DNA of 55,747 nucleotides from Batkoa obscura (Eukaryota): NCBI GenBank assembly GCA_030770535.1, contig JASVEC010000108.1, positions 1 to 55,747 of the forward strand, read 5' to 3'. Shown piece by piece: positions 1 to 15,778 of this stretch (position 1 is its first letter; each line of letters starts with the position of its first letter). The notes under the pieces were generated by a model. It saw only the letters and a program-made list of their open reading frames with translations, ran no database searches and was not told where the DNA came from. The position numbers and the translations under genes were made by a program.

Positions 1-344
1 TATTTCAATTAAGAAAGTATATTAAATTAATTATAGGGGCATTATTTTAATGTAAATCAAAGATCAACTTGAATAATAATAAAATCGAGGAAAAATAAAA
101 TACTGCCAATGTCTTTTTTCATTTAATAATTTTACTAACAATTTCTCCACTGAAATAGTGTTAAAGGTAAAAAAAGTGATGAAACCAAAAAAACACTCAT
201 CTTCATGTTAAAAAGTTGTAAATATATTTCAATTAAATTCTGATTTGGGTAAAGATTGACATTTATTATTAATTTATAAATAATTGTATTTAAATAAAAT
301 AAATCATATTTTTGTTTTGTTTTTCTACTACATATTCTAACTGA

Positions 345-1246
345 ATGACTAGTTTTAAACAAAGAATTAAACTCTGGGTTGATAAACATGGTGGCATTTA
401 TTTAGATCCCAATTTATCTTTGAATAAAAGAACCGATGGAGAAGAGCCCACAGATACTATAGATTCTTCAAATAGACTAGATTACCCTTACAATATCCCT
501 TATTTAGTTTCATCTTTTAGATTTTACTACATAAGCTTCTATTTATTTATTTTTTATTTTTATATTATTGTCCTAGAATTTGTTTGGAGTAAGCTTTATT
601 ATTTGATATTTCAAATAACACCACTGATTCTTTTTTCATTTATTTCAGCTTCATTAAGGCTCAAATATTTCAAATATAGCGGGCTACTAACACTACCTTT
701 TTTAATACTATTAATGGCAGAATTTGCAATGAAAGCAATCTCATTAAAAGCAATGAAACAAAGGCTTTGGGTCTATTATGACTTATTAAGTTTAATTTTA
801 ATAATACTGCCAAATCTGTATTTTAGTTTTAATATAAAATTAGAATTTCTATTAATTGATTTTATAATCATTATTTTAAGACTATTTTATTTTTTCAATA
901 TGTTTTTAGTCATTGTTAAATGTGAAGAACTTAGGGTAAATCACTTGCTTTTAACATAGTTTATATATACTAATTATTATTTTTTACTTAGCATCAATTA
1001 GTAGCTGATGGTAAAATATTTGATATAAATAAATTGGAATATACGTATGAAAAGAAATTAAATGAAAACAACCAATTAGAAGACCAATTAAAACAATATC
1101 TATATAAGCTTGAAATAGCAAATACTCAAGTAAAAGAGGTGGATGCAAAAGTCAGAAATATAAAGCGAGAGTCTTGGGTTAGTTTAGTACCTTCCGAGCT
1201 TTCTGCTCAGATAACTGTACCTGTTATGAATGATAAAACAAAGTAG
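345..1246 (+). CDS. Hypothetical multi-pass membrane protein with C-terminal coiled-coil-like segment (at least 2 exons)
   Basis: ORF 345-935 with hydrophobic segments joins in frame through a GTAAAT..TAG intron (936-991) to the ORF ending at 1246. No family recognised; 3' end uncertain. Confidence 0.5.
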
Positions 1247-1597
1247 AAAAATGATCGAAAGTGAAAGAAAGGAAAGGAATCGAGTTAAAATATAAATCTT
1301 TTGATTTCTCTATGTTCGAAAAGAGTAGAAATCAAAGTAAGTCTCCAAGTATCTTGTAATTGTATTCAATTTTAATATTTTATCTGTAAAATAAGTTAGC
1401 TTTTATTATGATGCTAGTTTTCAGTTTCTGTAAAATATCAATCATTCACCATTACACTAAATCCTTACTCACATATTACCAAATCACAACTATTTTCTTT
1501 CTATCACTTCTATAATAAATCAAGATTGTCTATTAGTTAAAAATGGTATTCTTATAATTAAAAATTTATTAATTTATTAATTCAGTTATTGACTAAA

Positions 1598-2339
1598 TTA
1601 CATAATTCTACAACATGAATTTGTAGACTTGGCTGATTTATAAAACATTTTAGATTGAGAAAAAAGTTGCTCTGAACGGTTAACAAGGTTATCTAGTTTT
1701 TCTCCTCTTTCTAATACAGACTCAATAGTTTTATGCTATATAAAATTAAATAAATAAGCAATAAATGGTAATAACAACTTACCATAATAACTTTAGTATC
1801 ATCCAACTCTTTTTGTACTTTCATAATAGGATCGGCTTTATGGGGATCTTGATAAGTAATTAAATATTCTTGTAATGGAGAAAAGCCAACATTAGCTTTC
1901 CAATTTGTTTTTGGTACTTGGGAAATAAACTCTTCACACCGATTTTGGAGATCAAAGTAAATGCTACCCTCGAAGGGTATTCTGCATCTGAAACTATCAT
2001 TATGGAAATACCTTCTGGTCTTGAATGTACATGACCAAACATACCTTTTAAATTTTAGTTTTAATTAATTTTAATTTTAATTTTAAAAATAATACTTACC
2101 ATCTTGTTCAACAGTTTGACGTGACGTGCCTGATGGTGTTCTTTCAGAAATTGTAATTGAAAAGAAATTAATAAATTCTTGAACGCTAAATTAAAAAGAA
2201 TTAAACAGCTTATTTTAACGAATTTAATTACTTACCTAGAACGCTGAAAGAAACCAAAGCTTGATAAATCGGATACGGAAGCTAAATTGATAGCTGGCTT
2301 GCTATCATTACGAGTAATTGAAATTGATAGGATCTTCAT
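1598..2339 (-). CDS. YKT6: Longin R-SNARE Ykt6 (4 exons)
   Basis: Spliced translation gives [21 protein letters not shown].., [35 protein letters not shown] and the lipidation end SCCRIM*. Three introns with GTAAG donors. Confidence 0.93.
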
Positions 2340-3581
2340 TCTAAAAGTTAAATAGTACAAAAGATTAATATTTTATTTTTCAAGTAAACTTTTTTAGTCA
2401 ACCCCTCTTGCTTAGATTTATGCTTGTACAATTAATTCCATTTCAATTTTTGTTCAAGGTTTTACATTTTCCAAAAAGGCACAAAAAAATTAATCATTTA
2501 AGTGGCTTGGGTGGCTAAAAATTATGAGGTAATTATTAGTGTTATTTTATTTATTTTATTCAAATACTTAAACTGTGAACTGGGTTAATTATAAAAATAA
2601 AACTCTTTATAAAACTCAATTCTATTTTTTCAGTACAAATACTCCAAAAACGGATTCTTATTAAAGCCTCTTTCAGCTGATTTTTCAGCAAAAAGATTCC
2701 AAAAGCTTTATACTGTTTTGAAAAAATGGAATCGGAAAAATAAAAATTGCTCTGTACAGCCAAAAATTATCAAAAACGCTACATTTTGTTTATAATAATA
2801 AGCATTACTTTTTATTAGTTTATAGTCGAATACATTTGTTAATGTATATTTGATTAATATCACTACATTTAAAATAAAGCTTAAATAATACTAAACTAAT
2901 TATTAAACAGTAGAGTATAATATATAGAAGCCAAGCTGTAAAGAAAAATCATATTGGTATAAATTTTTAATATTATTTATTATAGTACTATTTTTGTATC
3001 ACAAAAAATAAACAAAATATTAATTTTTCAATACATTTTGCAATAAATTACTTGTATATTTAAAAGAACTTTAATTAAAAAGGATTGTAACTTCCTATTT
3101 TAACTAAGTAACCAATACCATTCATACATAAATTCTTTAATTTATTAAACTTTTTCAACAATTTATAAAAAAACATAATTTTAAGGATAATACACACTAC
3201 ATTACTAACATTTTGATAGAAGAAATACAAATGTCATTAATATAGCTATAGATAGTTGATCATAATAGCCTTACCCTTTATAAAAAAATAAATTTATAAA
3301 CTAAATGACAATTGCTATATAGTTAATAGTAATTAATTAAAAATTATTGAAAAATAAATGTCATAATTTAGGAAATTAAATTGATTGGGCAATGAATCAA
3401 AAAAGCTAAAAAAATAAATTAGGTGGATAAATTAAACGAATAATATTGATAATAAAGTAATCAGACGTTGATTATTGGACCATTGTAATAGTTCCATAAA
3501 AATCTAAGCAACAAGGATTAACGTAAAAAATAAGATAAAAAAAATAACTCATCATTTTAATTAAGTAACTAGCTATATATA

Positions 3582-4515
3582 ATGAGTAAAGACGACGAAT
3601 ATGATTATCTTTTTAAGGTAAGTTTAATAGTTAATTTTTTTTAAAAAGAGTATAACTTAATATCGGCTCCTTTTGTTTAGTTGTTTTAATTGGAGATTCT
3701 TCCGTTGGTAAATCCAATCTATTGTCTCGATTTACTAGAGATGAGTTTAATCTCGAATCAAAATCAACCATCGGTGTCGAATTTGCTACTAGAAATATTC
3801 AAGTAGAAGGAAAATCAATAAAAGCACAAATTTGGGATACTGGTAATCAAATAACAATAGATGAACTAAATAAATATTTAACTTTTTATTCTTATAGCTG
3901 GACAAGAACGTTATCGTGCTATTACCAGTGCGTAAGTCTTTAAATTTTTATGACTTTTAAAATAAGAATAAACAAATGTTGATTTAATTATTAGCTATTA
4001 TCGTGGTGCAGTTGGAGCATTACTAGTTTATGATGTTACTAAACATACTACTTTTGAAAACGTAACACGTTGGTTAAAGGAACTTCGCGATCATGCAGAA
4101 CCAAATATTGTCATTTTATTGGTTGGTAACAAATGTGATCTTCGTCACCTTCGTTCTGTTTCTGCTGAAGAAGGAAAACAATATGCAAGTAAGCAATTAT
4201 TTTTTTAAACTAAAAATAAGTAGTTTATTATTTTTTGATAAATAGGCGAAAATGGATTAAGTTTTATTGAAACTTCGGCACTTGATGCAACCAATGTTGA
4301 TGTTGCATTTAAAGAAATTTTAACAGGTTAGTAGCTGATTTTAAATCTAAAAAAATAGCTAAATTAATGTTAAAAATTATATAGAAATTTATCGAGGAGT
4401 AGCTAGTAAAACATTACAAGGAAATGTAGATACATTAAATCCAGGTACTAAAACTGAAGCTATCAAAATTGGTCCTACTGAAAGTGAAACAAAAAAAGAA
4501 GGCAAATGTTGTTAA
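3582..4515 (+). CDS. YPT31: Rab11/Ypt31-family small GTPase (6 exons)
   Basis: [53 protein letters not shown] and C-terminal CC. First splice junction has a phase problem (see findings). Confidence 0.92.
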
Positions 4516-6337
4516 TAGTACTCAAACTTTGATGAAGTAATAGTTCAATTTCTTTGTTAATTTATAAAGATTTGAGATTAAATTTATTTTAAATTATAAA
4601 TTTTAAACATACACACATATCTTTATTTTGTTGTTATTTTTAATATTCGGATTTTGGTTTTTTTATGTTTATTGTGGTTTGTTTTGATATTTACTGTGGT
4701 TTTTTTGAAACTTTGCTATTATAGATTATCTCAAGCGATGGCATTTATATAATATTAAATAAATATTCAGTGCATTCTCAATGTTCCTAAATTCAGTATG
4801 TTGACTAGGTTGACATACTTAAATCACCGTCCTAAAGAACTGTTTAAATCATTAAGATAATCGAATTCTAATTATAACTCTATCCCAAGTTATTTAAAGA
4901 AGAGAAAGTTCATTTCGCTAATTTTGTAATTTTTTATGCTGGTAACAAAAACCACTGATGGGGTACTTATTGAAAATTTTAAAAGAGAAAGCTCATTAAC
5001 TACAAATCTAATAAGTTGCCAGGACAAATTTAGTCGATTAAATGATGTAACTTTAATAAATTTTTAGTCAAAATCAATATAAATGTTTATTTATGTAAAA
5101 GACTTGAATTTATAAGATTAAAAGAGTTTATATAACATATTGTCTTAATATGTAATATGATGTTGCTATTTATTCTAATTCTTATTAACACCACTATTAA
5201 ATAGAAATTATAAGAAAATGTTGATAACAAGACTGATTAGTTTTAAAATAACTGAAAATTAATTATTTTTAAACTTAATTTAATTTGTTTGAATTTTAAC
5301 ACTTCAATTTAAATTAGATATCCGTTATATCACATCAATTTTGATTTTGACTTAATTAAATCCAGAATTTCCTTAGAAATACTGGCGATATTATATCAAG
5401 CAAAAAAATAGCAATCGGATTTATCTTATTATATTTATTAGAAGACTTAGTTCTCTTGACTATTAGTATTTGAAGCGAGATTTTTCTTGGTAGTCATTCT
5501 TGTTATTATTGTTACATTAAGTTTATTATTATGTTTTTTAACTAATGGAACTCAAATTGTATCTATAGAACTTCCAATGCCTTTTATTAATTTAATAAAA
5601 GCCATAATTATTATTTTAATATATTTCAAAGACAGAAAAGTAAAATATTATATTTGTACATTATGTTTCCACCGAATATTACTAGTAATTAGAATAAGCT
5701 TGAATTAATTCGACCAAGTATTAACTAACATAATATTGATGCCAAGACTTCCTATTTTAATTATTAAAATACTTTAAAGCATCAAATAAGAATTCCAATT
5801 GTAGAGTCAATAACTCAAACTAACATCATTATTATGCTATATTCCAATAGAAATGATAATAAATTAAACGTTATTAAAATAATCAATGATTAGTATTGTA
5901 AAAATAGTCAATAACTGATAATGTTATTAAAGCAACTTTAGTAAGAGAGTAGAAGATTTATTAAAATTAGAACAGTATCTATTTTTAGCCAAGCAATTTC
6001 AATAAATTTACAAAATTTGAACCCATGATTGGCTTTCCTAAGAATAATTTAAAGGCTGATCTATAATTCTATAGAACATGATTGAAATTTTTACCTTTAT
6101 ATCACTCTAAATTTAGTAGTAATAACCTAACCAATCAATAGAATCAATAGTGGTAGTTAAAGTATAAATAACAAAAAGATCACTTTAAGATTTTCTTAAA
6201 TTTTTTTAATAGAAACTTCAGGACTTAAAAGTGGGCTTTTGATTTCTATATTTTATTCCTTGTTTCCTCTTGTTTTATTTCAACCACTTTTACTAACTTT
6301 GAGTTTATCTCACTTCACACTTAATATCAAGAAAAAA

Positions 6338-7504
6338 ATGGATGAACCTTTAAAAATATTTATTGGTGTAGTTGTATCTTTATTAGCTTCCTGTTTAGAT
6401 GCCTTAGGTTTAAATATTCAAAAGAGAGATCATTTACAAAACTCAGTAGCAGTGAAGCCTAGACATGATTGTTGTCGATTAAATTGGCATTTAGGCCTAT
6501 ATGTTTATTGTGGTTCACAAGCCATTGGAAATACGGTAGCATTGAATTTTTTAAAAGCACAATGGCTAGCTCCATTAGGTGCTTTGTCTTTAGTTTTCAA
6601 TTTTATATTTGCTAGAGTGTTAGTGGGTACTAATATAACTAAAGTGGATTTGTTTGGAACTACCTTGATTTTATTAGCTATCTTAATTATTGTATTATTG
6701 GGTGCTTTCTTTGGTCCTCAAGAAGATATTGAAGCCAATTTAACCTTATTTACATTGAGAGAATTATTATCTCGATTAGAATTTAAAATTTATTTTGCTT
6801 GTTTAAATTTTGTTTGTTTATGTTTATTTGGTCTGGGAATTTATACTAAGTTATTTTTGGAAAAAGGAAAAGATTTAAAACAATCATATTTATTTTATAG
6901 ATTTGATACATTAAAGTTGACGCGTATTTTGGGTATTTCAATCTCTGCTTTAGGTGGTATCTTTGCTTCTGAGACTTTAATCTTAGCTAAAAGTGGTATC
7001 AAATTAATTGTAGCTTCATTTAAAGATGCTAGTACATTAGCTGACATTGTATCAATTGTTATTGTAATTGCCCTAGGTTTAAGCGTTATATTACAAATCT
7101 ATTGTCTTAATGCAGGTTTAAAATATGCTGATTCTGTAGTTTCAGTACCTACGTTTGCATGTACATATAATATTTTTGGATTAGCGAATTCGATGATCTA
7201 TTTTAATCAATTTGATGCTTATCCATGGTGGATCCATTTAACTAATGTATTAGGTATTATAGTTTTAATTTATGGGATTACAACTATGTCTAAACAAGAT
7301 AAGTTACCACCTAAAAATATACCTTATTTAAGGGTCCCTTTTTTACATAAACTTAAACGTAGTAAATCGACTATATCCTATAGCTCTGATGAAGAAGAAA
7401 GTATCCAAGTAACTCAATACGATACCAAAGTTTCAGTAGCTCAAACTAGTGTTCATACTACTAATACTAATACTAATAATTCACAAGCTGGACTACTTAA
7501 TTAA
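6338..7504 (+). CDS. NIPA-family (DMT superfamily) putative Mg2+ transporter
   Basis: Intronless ORF with LGLNIQKR, APLGALSLVFN and LQIYCLNAGL..ADSVVSVP motifs and about 9 TM segments. First ATG is at 6338; the ORF track starts at an upstream TTG. Confidence 0.82.
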   Translation: MDEPLKIFIGVVVSLLASCLDALGLNIQKRDHLQNSVAVKPRHDCCRLNWHLGLYVYCGSQAIGNTVALNFLKAQWLAPLGALSLVFNFIFARVLVGTNITKVDLFGTTLILLAILIIVLLGAFFGPQEDIEANLTLFTLRELLSRLEFKIYFACLNFVCLCLFGLGIYTKLFLEKGKDLKQSYLFYRFDTLKLTRILGISISALGGIFASETLILAKSGIKLIVASFKDASTLADIVSIVIVIALGLSVILQIYCLNAGLKYADSVVSVPTFACTYNIFGLANSMIYFNQFDAYPWWIHLTNVLGIIVLIYGITTMSKQDKLPPKNIPYLRVPFLHKLKRSKSTISYSSDEEESIQVTQYDTKVSVAQTSVHTTNTNTNNSQAGLLN

Positions 7505-7763
7505 TGAATAATGGAATATGTAATTGATTTATATTAGAATATTATTTCAATAATAATATAGTAATGAATTAAGAGTAAAGTGATACAGATGATAAAAAAG
7601 ATTACTATTAAGTATGGTAAATAATACTAGCTGTTATATATAATATAAACTATATATTATATAGTAATAATGTTGAATGGAATGTAATTAATAAATAATA
7701 TTAGTTTAATTGGTTTAATACTATTTCTATTAAATTTTAATAAGAGTTGTAATATGTTTAGTA

Positions 7764-7850
7764 ATAATAATTAAATAACTTTTGTAATGTTAATAATGTT
7801 TAATAGTAATAATTAAATAACTTTTGTAATGTTAATAATATTTGAAAGTA
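7764..7850. repeat. ~42-bp tandem duplication
   Basis: TAATAATTAAATAACTTTTGTAATGTTAATAAT occurs twice. Confidence 0.75.
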
Positions 7851-8114
7851 ACAATCCATTTTAATTACAATGTTTATAAAATTATATAATTTCATAAATT
7901 AAATTATAAGCTGATCTTACAATATTGATGTAACTTAATATTAAAACTAAACTTAACCAAAAGTACAGTAATTGATTGGTGTTTTAAATGCCATGATTTG
8001 ATACTATTTGATTGGCCAGATATTATCTTTAGTTTCTGGAGTAATTTTAACATGAAAATAAATTACTAAGGGTCTTGAATTTATTAAAATATTCAACTTC
8101 TATTTTTATCTATC

Positions 8115-8732
8115 ATGGAAACAATGACTCCTGCCCTTACAACAACAAACAACACTCAAAAAAGTAATAAAAATGTTATTGAAACGATTCTCGTCTATGG
8201 CCACATTTTACAAATCGTTACCTCATTTACAAGTTTATTAATTTTATTTAATGTGATTATCTTGAGTAATAATTACAATCAATTATATTCACAAAACATA
8301 ATAACAAATAATTATCTAATTTATGGCTTTATAATTTATATCAGTTTACTTACTCAAACCTTTGGCTTGTTATTTTTATTTATAATGATACGTACAAGAT
8401 TTAAATATAATCAAGCGGGGATACCAGTTAGTCATTCGAGTTATGCTAATTTTTTATTAATAAGTCATCTTATCATTGGGTTTCATTGGTTTTTAGCTAC
8501 ATTAATATTATTTCAAAATAATGAACATATCTTCTCTTTGAGTGCAACAATCGAGATGGAAGAGAATTTAGAAATTATTAGTAAATTGGTTTATAGGATT
8601 TATGATTTAATTTGGTTAATTAAATTTTTGGCTGGTATTAATTTGGTCGTTTGGACTTATTTTTCTGCTTTTATTGCTATCTTTATTCATAAATGTTATT
8701 CCAATGTGTTTGAAAAGTTGTTGTTGGTGTAG
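8115..8732 (+). CDS. Hypothetical four-TM membrane protein (MARVEL-like topology)
   Basis: 205-aa ATG-initiated ORF with four hydrophobic helices. Family is inferred from topology only. Confidence 0.55.
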   Translation: METMTPALTTTNNTQKSNKNVIETILVYGHILQIVTSFTSLLILFNVIILSNNYNQLYSQNIITNNYLIYGFIIYISLLTQTFGLLFLFIMIRTRFKYNQAGIPVSHSSYANFLLISHLIIGFHWFLATLILFQNNEHIFSLSATIEMEENLEIISKLVYRIYDLIWLIKFLAGINLVVWTYFSAFIAIFIHKCYSNVFEKLLLV

Positions 8733-9030
8733 AAGTTGAATATTATTTTTGTTATTTTTTTAAATTGTTGGAATAAAGTTGGATTTGTTAGATATATTTT
8801 TTTGAATTAATACAGCTTAAATTTTTTTATGACTAAAGCTTGCAGTATGGTTTTGAGTCGCAGTTTGAATATTTTTTTTAGGAAATTAAAATAACGGAAG
8901 AATGAGAATAAAAATATAAATAATACATTAAATTTAAATTTTTGTCTTTTAATCTATTTCAACCCATTTTATTTATACTATTTATACAACTATAAATCGA
9001 TTTTGTTTCTACTTTAAATAAGTATAAAAT

Positions 9031-11741
<2,711 letters not shown>

Positions 11742-11896
11742 TATTGTACTTTTCTTTATTTATTAAAGTAGTTTATTTATGGATTTGACTTTTTGCATTC
11801 GTTTTTTGCATTCGTTTTTTTTGAATTATGTTAAAAGTATTAGCTAAGAAAGTGGGGAATCGATATTTTTTTAATCTATTTTGTTATTCTGAAATT

Positions 11897-12606
11897 ATGA
11901 TATCAACAAAATTATTTGGTGGAGCTATTGAAATGTCAATATTCGATCAATTAGTTGATTTAAGGTAAGTAATTAAATTCAAATAATATAAAAATCGATA
12001 AATTGTATATTCAATATAAATCAAATAACCTATAGTCAATTTCGAGAAGTACCAAATCATCAAGAAGTATTTGCAGATCAAACAGAAGAAAATCGAAGTT
12101 TAATTATTGAAATTAATGAATTATCTAAAGATGTAAAAGATGAAGAAAGTGTTAAGTAAGTTTTTATTTGAAAGTATATGATTATTTTCAAAGAGAAATA
12201 TTAATTCTTAATGTTTAGTTATCATTTTCAAGAAATTTGTGATTTAAATCAAGTAGAAAGTTTTACAATTGAAGATGTTAAAGAAATTGATTCTAATGAA
12301 ATACAAGGACTAAGGTAAGTTGATTATATTATTTTTGATACTTTGAAAATTGTTGATGACATTTTTAATAGTCAAGATAGTAAAGTATATATATTAAAAG
12401 GAAATCAAGTCATCAAGGAAAGAGGAGGAAATGTTATCAATTTGTTATTTTATTTAGCTTTGTTTCGATTAAAAAAGGTAGATTCCGATCTATTAATTAG
12501 TTTTCATCAACCTATTTTGGATAATAATAGTATACTTAATAAGGATACTTTATTTTTCAATATGATCAAAAGTTTTAAAATTAAAGACTGGAAGTTATTT
12601 GGTTAA
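11897..12606 (+). CDS. MOG1: Ran guanine-nucleotide release factor Mog1 (4 exons)
   Basis: MISTKLFGGAI..DLSQFREVPNHQEVF, SLIIEINE, LFRLKKVDSDLLIS and SFKIKDWKLFG*. Three GTAAGT..TAG introns. Confidence 0.88.
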
Positions 12607-12686
12607 AAAAATAAAGTGAATAAAATATAAAATATAAAATAAAAGAGAATATAATTTATAATAAATAAAGAGAATACGCTTTATTC

Positions 12687-13226
12687 TTATCTTTTTAATA
12701 GATTTAATTTGATCTTTTTAATCCAAGGTAACCCATATTTAAATAAAAAATAAATCATAGTTGTACGAGATAACAATAGATAAATTAATAAAAAATGGAA
12801 TGTTTGAAAGTAAGTTTCCCATACACTAAATAATAATAAATGAATGACATTATGATATAATAATATATTAAATAATAAACACTTACAATGATACTCTTTT
12901 CGTCACTGGCTTCCTTAATGAATGAATTGGACAAAATAAATTTAATAAATAATTCAAATCTTTAAAATCGAATTTAGGTAAGGGATGATCCAAAGGTAAG
13001 ATATGGGTAATTAATTTAGGATTATTGCCCATATCTAATAAATCACTTATTATAGTTAAAGTTAAACCCCATAATTTACTTTCATTTAAAGGGGAGGGGA
13101 GAGGTAAGCATTTAAAATACATATTGCCTATCAAATATCTTAATAATTTTTGAGGAAAATATAAGAACTTATTAGTAGGGATTAAAAAAGAACTTATATC
13201 AATAATCATATGCTCTGTTGATGAAA

Positions 13227-13259
<33 letters not shown>

Positions 13260-14044
13260 CTGCTATTAAGTTAAATTTATCTTGATTATTATTGAATTCC
13301 ATAGGAAATTTTAAATATGATAAAAAGTAATTAACAGGTAACCAAGCTAAAGTATCCACTTCGTTAATTTGAGGTTGAATCGGTAATTCATGTCGATGAA
13401 CTTGTAAAAATACTTGTGGACTTAATACCATTAAATTTTTAAATCCAAATCTTGATTTAACATAACGATCATCTAATTCACCTAAATGAACAAAACTAAA
13501 TAGAATAAACAAAATGAAGTTAATTATGACTATTAAATCTATTTTATAAAATTAAAACTTACTGTTTAGAATTTTTTAAATTCATACCACACTCTTCTAA
13601 AAACTCTCTTGTAGCTGTATCATAATCTGAAATATCGGTTAAATCATCTTTCTTACCTCCAGGTAAACAAATATGACCTGACCATCTATCTCTTTTATTT
13701 GTTTTTCTACGCATCACCAACAGCTCTAATTGACATTGATATTTTTTTGCATCCTCCAGTAAATTTACTATCCTCCAATCTCTTTTTCTCAATGTTCTCA
13801 CTTGTTGATATCCCATACTTTGAATTAAATTTAAGTGATTGATTAAATTATTGGGGCTTGGTATATCTACATTAGAACCTAGATCGCGTAAGGGTATAGT
13901 TTCAAGAAAATTAAAACGTAATACAATAGCTACAGAACACCGTTTTAAGTTGGAAGAAAACGTTTTATAGCTACCACAATCCCGTAAGTTACTAATCAAA
14001 TTGATCAAAAAATCAGTGTCTTGAGTTGTAGGCATGGATGTCAT
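12687..14044 (-). CDS. Nudix hydrolase, CoA-pyrophosphatase-like (PCD1/NUDT7/8 group) with C-terminal TM segment (3 exons)
   Basis: DRWSGHICLPGGK..D.DTATREFLEECG Nudix box and LWGLT motif. Last exon (VWETYFQTF..KR*) reconstructed through a GTAAGT..TAG intron. Confidence 0.82.
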
Positions 14045-14428
14045 TTGAAAATCGAAATCTATTTAGTTTACTAAATTAGAATAAAAGTGAGTTTAATTTT
14101 TCACAAGTATTCTTTTTTAAAAGCTAATTTTATCCCTTTAAAAACCCAATCAACTTCTTTTTGTTAATGAACAGTTGAGTTTTGATATAAAAAATAGATA
14201 TCAAATTTCATTCTTTAGAGTATATAAAAGTTTATAAGATTAAACTAATAAATTAAATTAATTAATGTATTAACTGAAATTAATTGTAATTACCAAAGCT
14301 CAATAATAGACATTTTAAAACTAATTAATAATATTCTTTTTTATAAAATTTAATAAATAAAAGATAGCTTAAAATGCAGTTACTAAAGCTTAATGCAAAT
14401 TAAATGAAATTTGTATAATTTATTATTT

Positions 14429-14523
14429 GGGGCTGTTTTTTAGTTTCATTATTTTTCCATTTTTTGAGCGCTATTTGAGTGGAAAGATTGTAGTAAAATT
14501 CTTAAACAAAAAAGTATATTCCC
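14429..14523 (-). mobile_element. ~98-bp MITE
   Basis: GGGGCTG...TATTCCC; TSD ATTT/ATTT. Confidence 0.85.
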
Positions 14524-15111
14524 ATTTAATGACTTTACAACCCAAAAGATTTACTAATATTATTTTCAAATTATCTAGCATGAAGTTTGAGTTAGAAAAT
14601 CTATTGAAAATCTAATTTGATTAATCTTTTATAAATGTTTTTTTTATTAATTGAGGAAGATCCACTGCAAGTAAGAATAAAATGCTATAAATATATGCTA
14701 AAAAATAAAGATTTCTAAATAATTGGTTTGAATCAAAAAAACTGCAAAAAGTGGTAAAAACAATTTCAAAAATAGCAACTATTCTTTTTTACCTTTTTTT
14801 ATTCAATTAAAAAATCAAGATTGTTTAAACGTTGAGTTTTTTTGACAATATTAATAGCATTTGATTAACTTTTGCTTAAAATTGTTAATGACTTATTTTC
14901 AATATTGGAATCATTATAAATTAATGATAATTTTGCATAATAATAATTATTGTTGCACTTTTGAAAAAGTTTAAAATACTAAGATTAATCATTTGCAAAC
15001 AAAAAAGTTTATTTAAAGCTACTTTTATTTTTAAATTTAAGTTACCAATATTTTATTTTATTTGTTTTATTTATTTGTTTTATGTTTTGTACATATATAA
15101 TTTATGAAATT

Positions 15112-15429
15112 TGGTACTTAATGGTTGGAGTCGAAAGCAGTTCTTGTTTGGTTAACTATACTGCAAGTCAAAAAATCTTAGTTTATGTGACTAAGATAGA
15201 CTTGAATTATGAAGAATAGTACGTAATATACTACAGACTACGTAAGACAAGTAGGATAGATAATACTACTGTAAAATCTATGTAAAATAGTATCACAAAG
15301 ATTTAATGGCTTTATTAAAGGTACAATATCAAGGAATAATTCAGTTAAAAAGCCTCGAGCTACTATGCTCTAAGATCTCTTTTATACCCCAACAAGTATG
15401 GATATCAAAATGAGAGGATAATCTTCTTT
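15112..15429 (-). mobile_element. Solo LTR-like repeat, degenerate copy
   Basis: Colinear over about 315 bp with 38485-38801. Confidence 0.65.
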
Positions 15430-15453
15430 GCAATAAAGTTCAAAATTTTAAAT

Positions 15454-15551
15454 GGGGATGTATTTTTGTGTTTAAGTTTTACTAACAATTTTTCCGTCCA
15501 AATAGGGCTTAAAAAAATAGAAAAAGTAATGAAACCAAAAAAAACATCCCC
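15454..15551 (+). mobile_element. ~98-bp MITE
   Basis: GGGGATGT...ACATCCCC; TSD AAAT/AAAT. Confidence 0.9.
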
Positions 15552-15695
15552 AAATTATAAAGATTATTTTAATTTTTAATATTTTATTATTATATCAATA
15601 TTTTGATTATTTGTAAACTAGTCAGATCTCAGCTTAAATAACTTAATATCTAAATTATTATAATAAATATTATAAGCTTAATAGTATTTAATTTT

Positions 15696-15778
15696 ATTAC
15701 TTTTCCATTTTTTAAGCGTTATTTGAGTGGAAATAATGGGGATGCGTTTTTATGTTTAAGGATTTTACTAATAATTTT
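15696..15778. mobile_element. Two abutting MITE fragments in opposite orientation
   Basis: Minus-orientation internal piece followed by a plus-orientation left end starting GGGGATG at 15738. Confidence 0.65.

Noticed and set aside
5440..5960. Possible decayed membrane-protein gene (ORF 5487-5708 or opposite strand)
   Set aside because: Frequent stops and no recognisable motif; hydrophobic translations are expected from AT-rich DNA.
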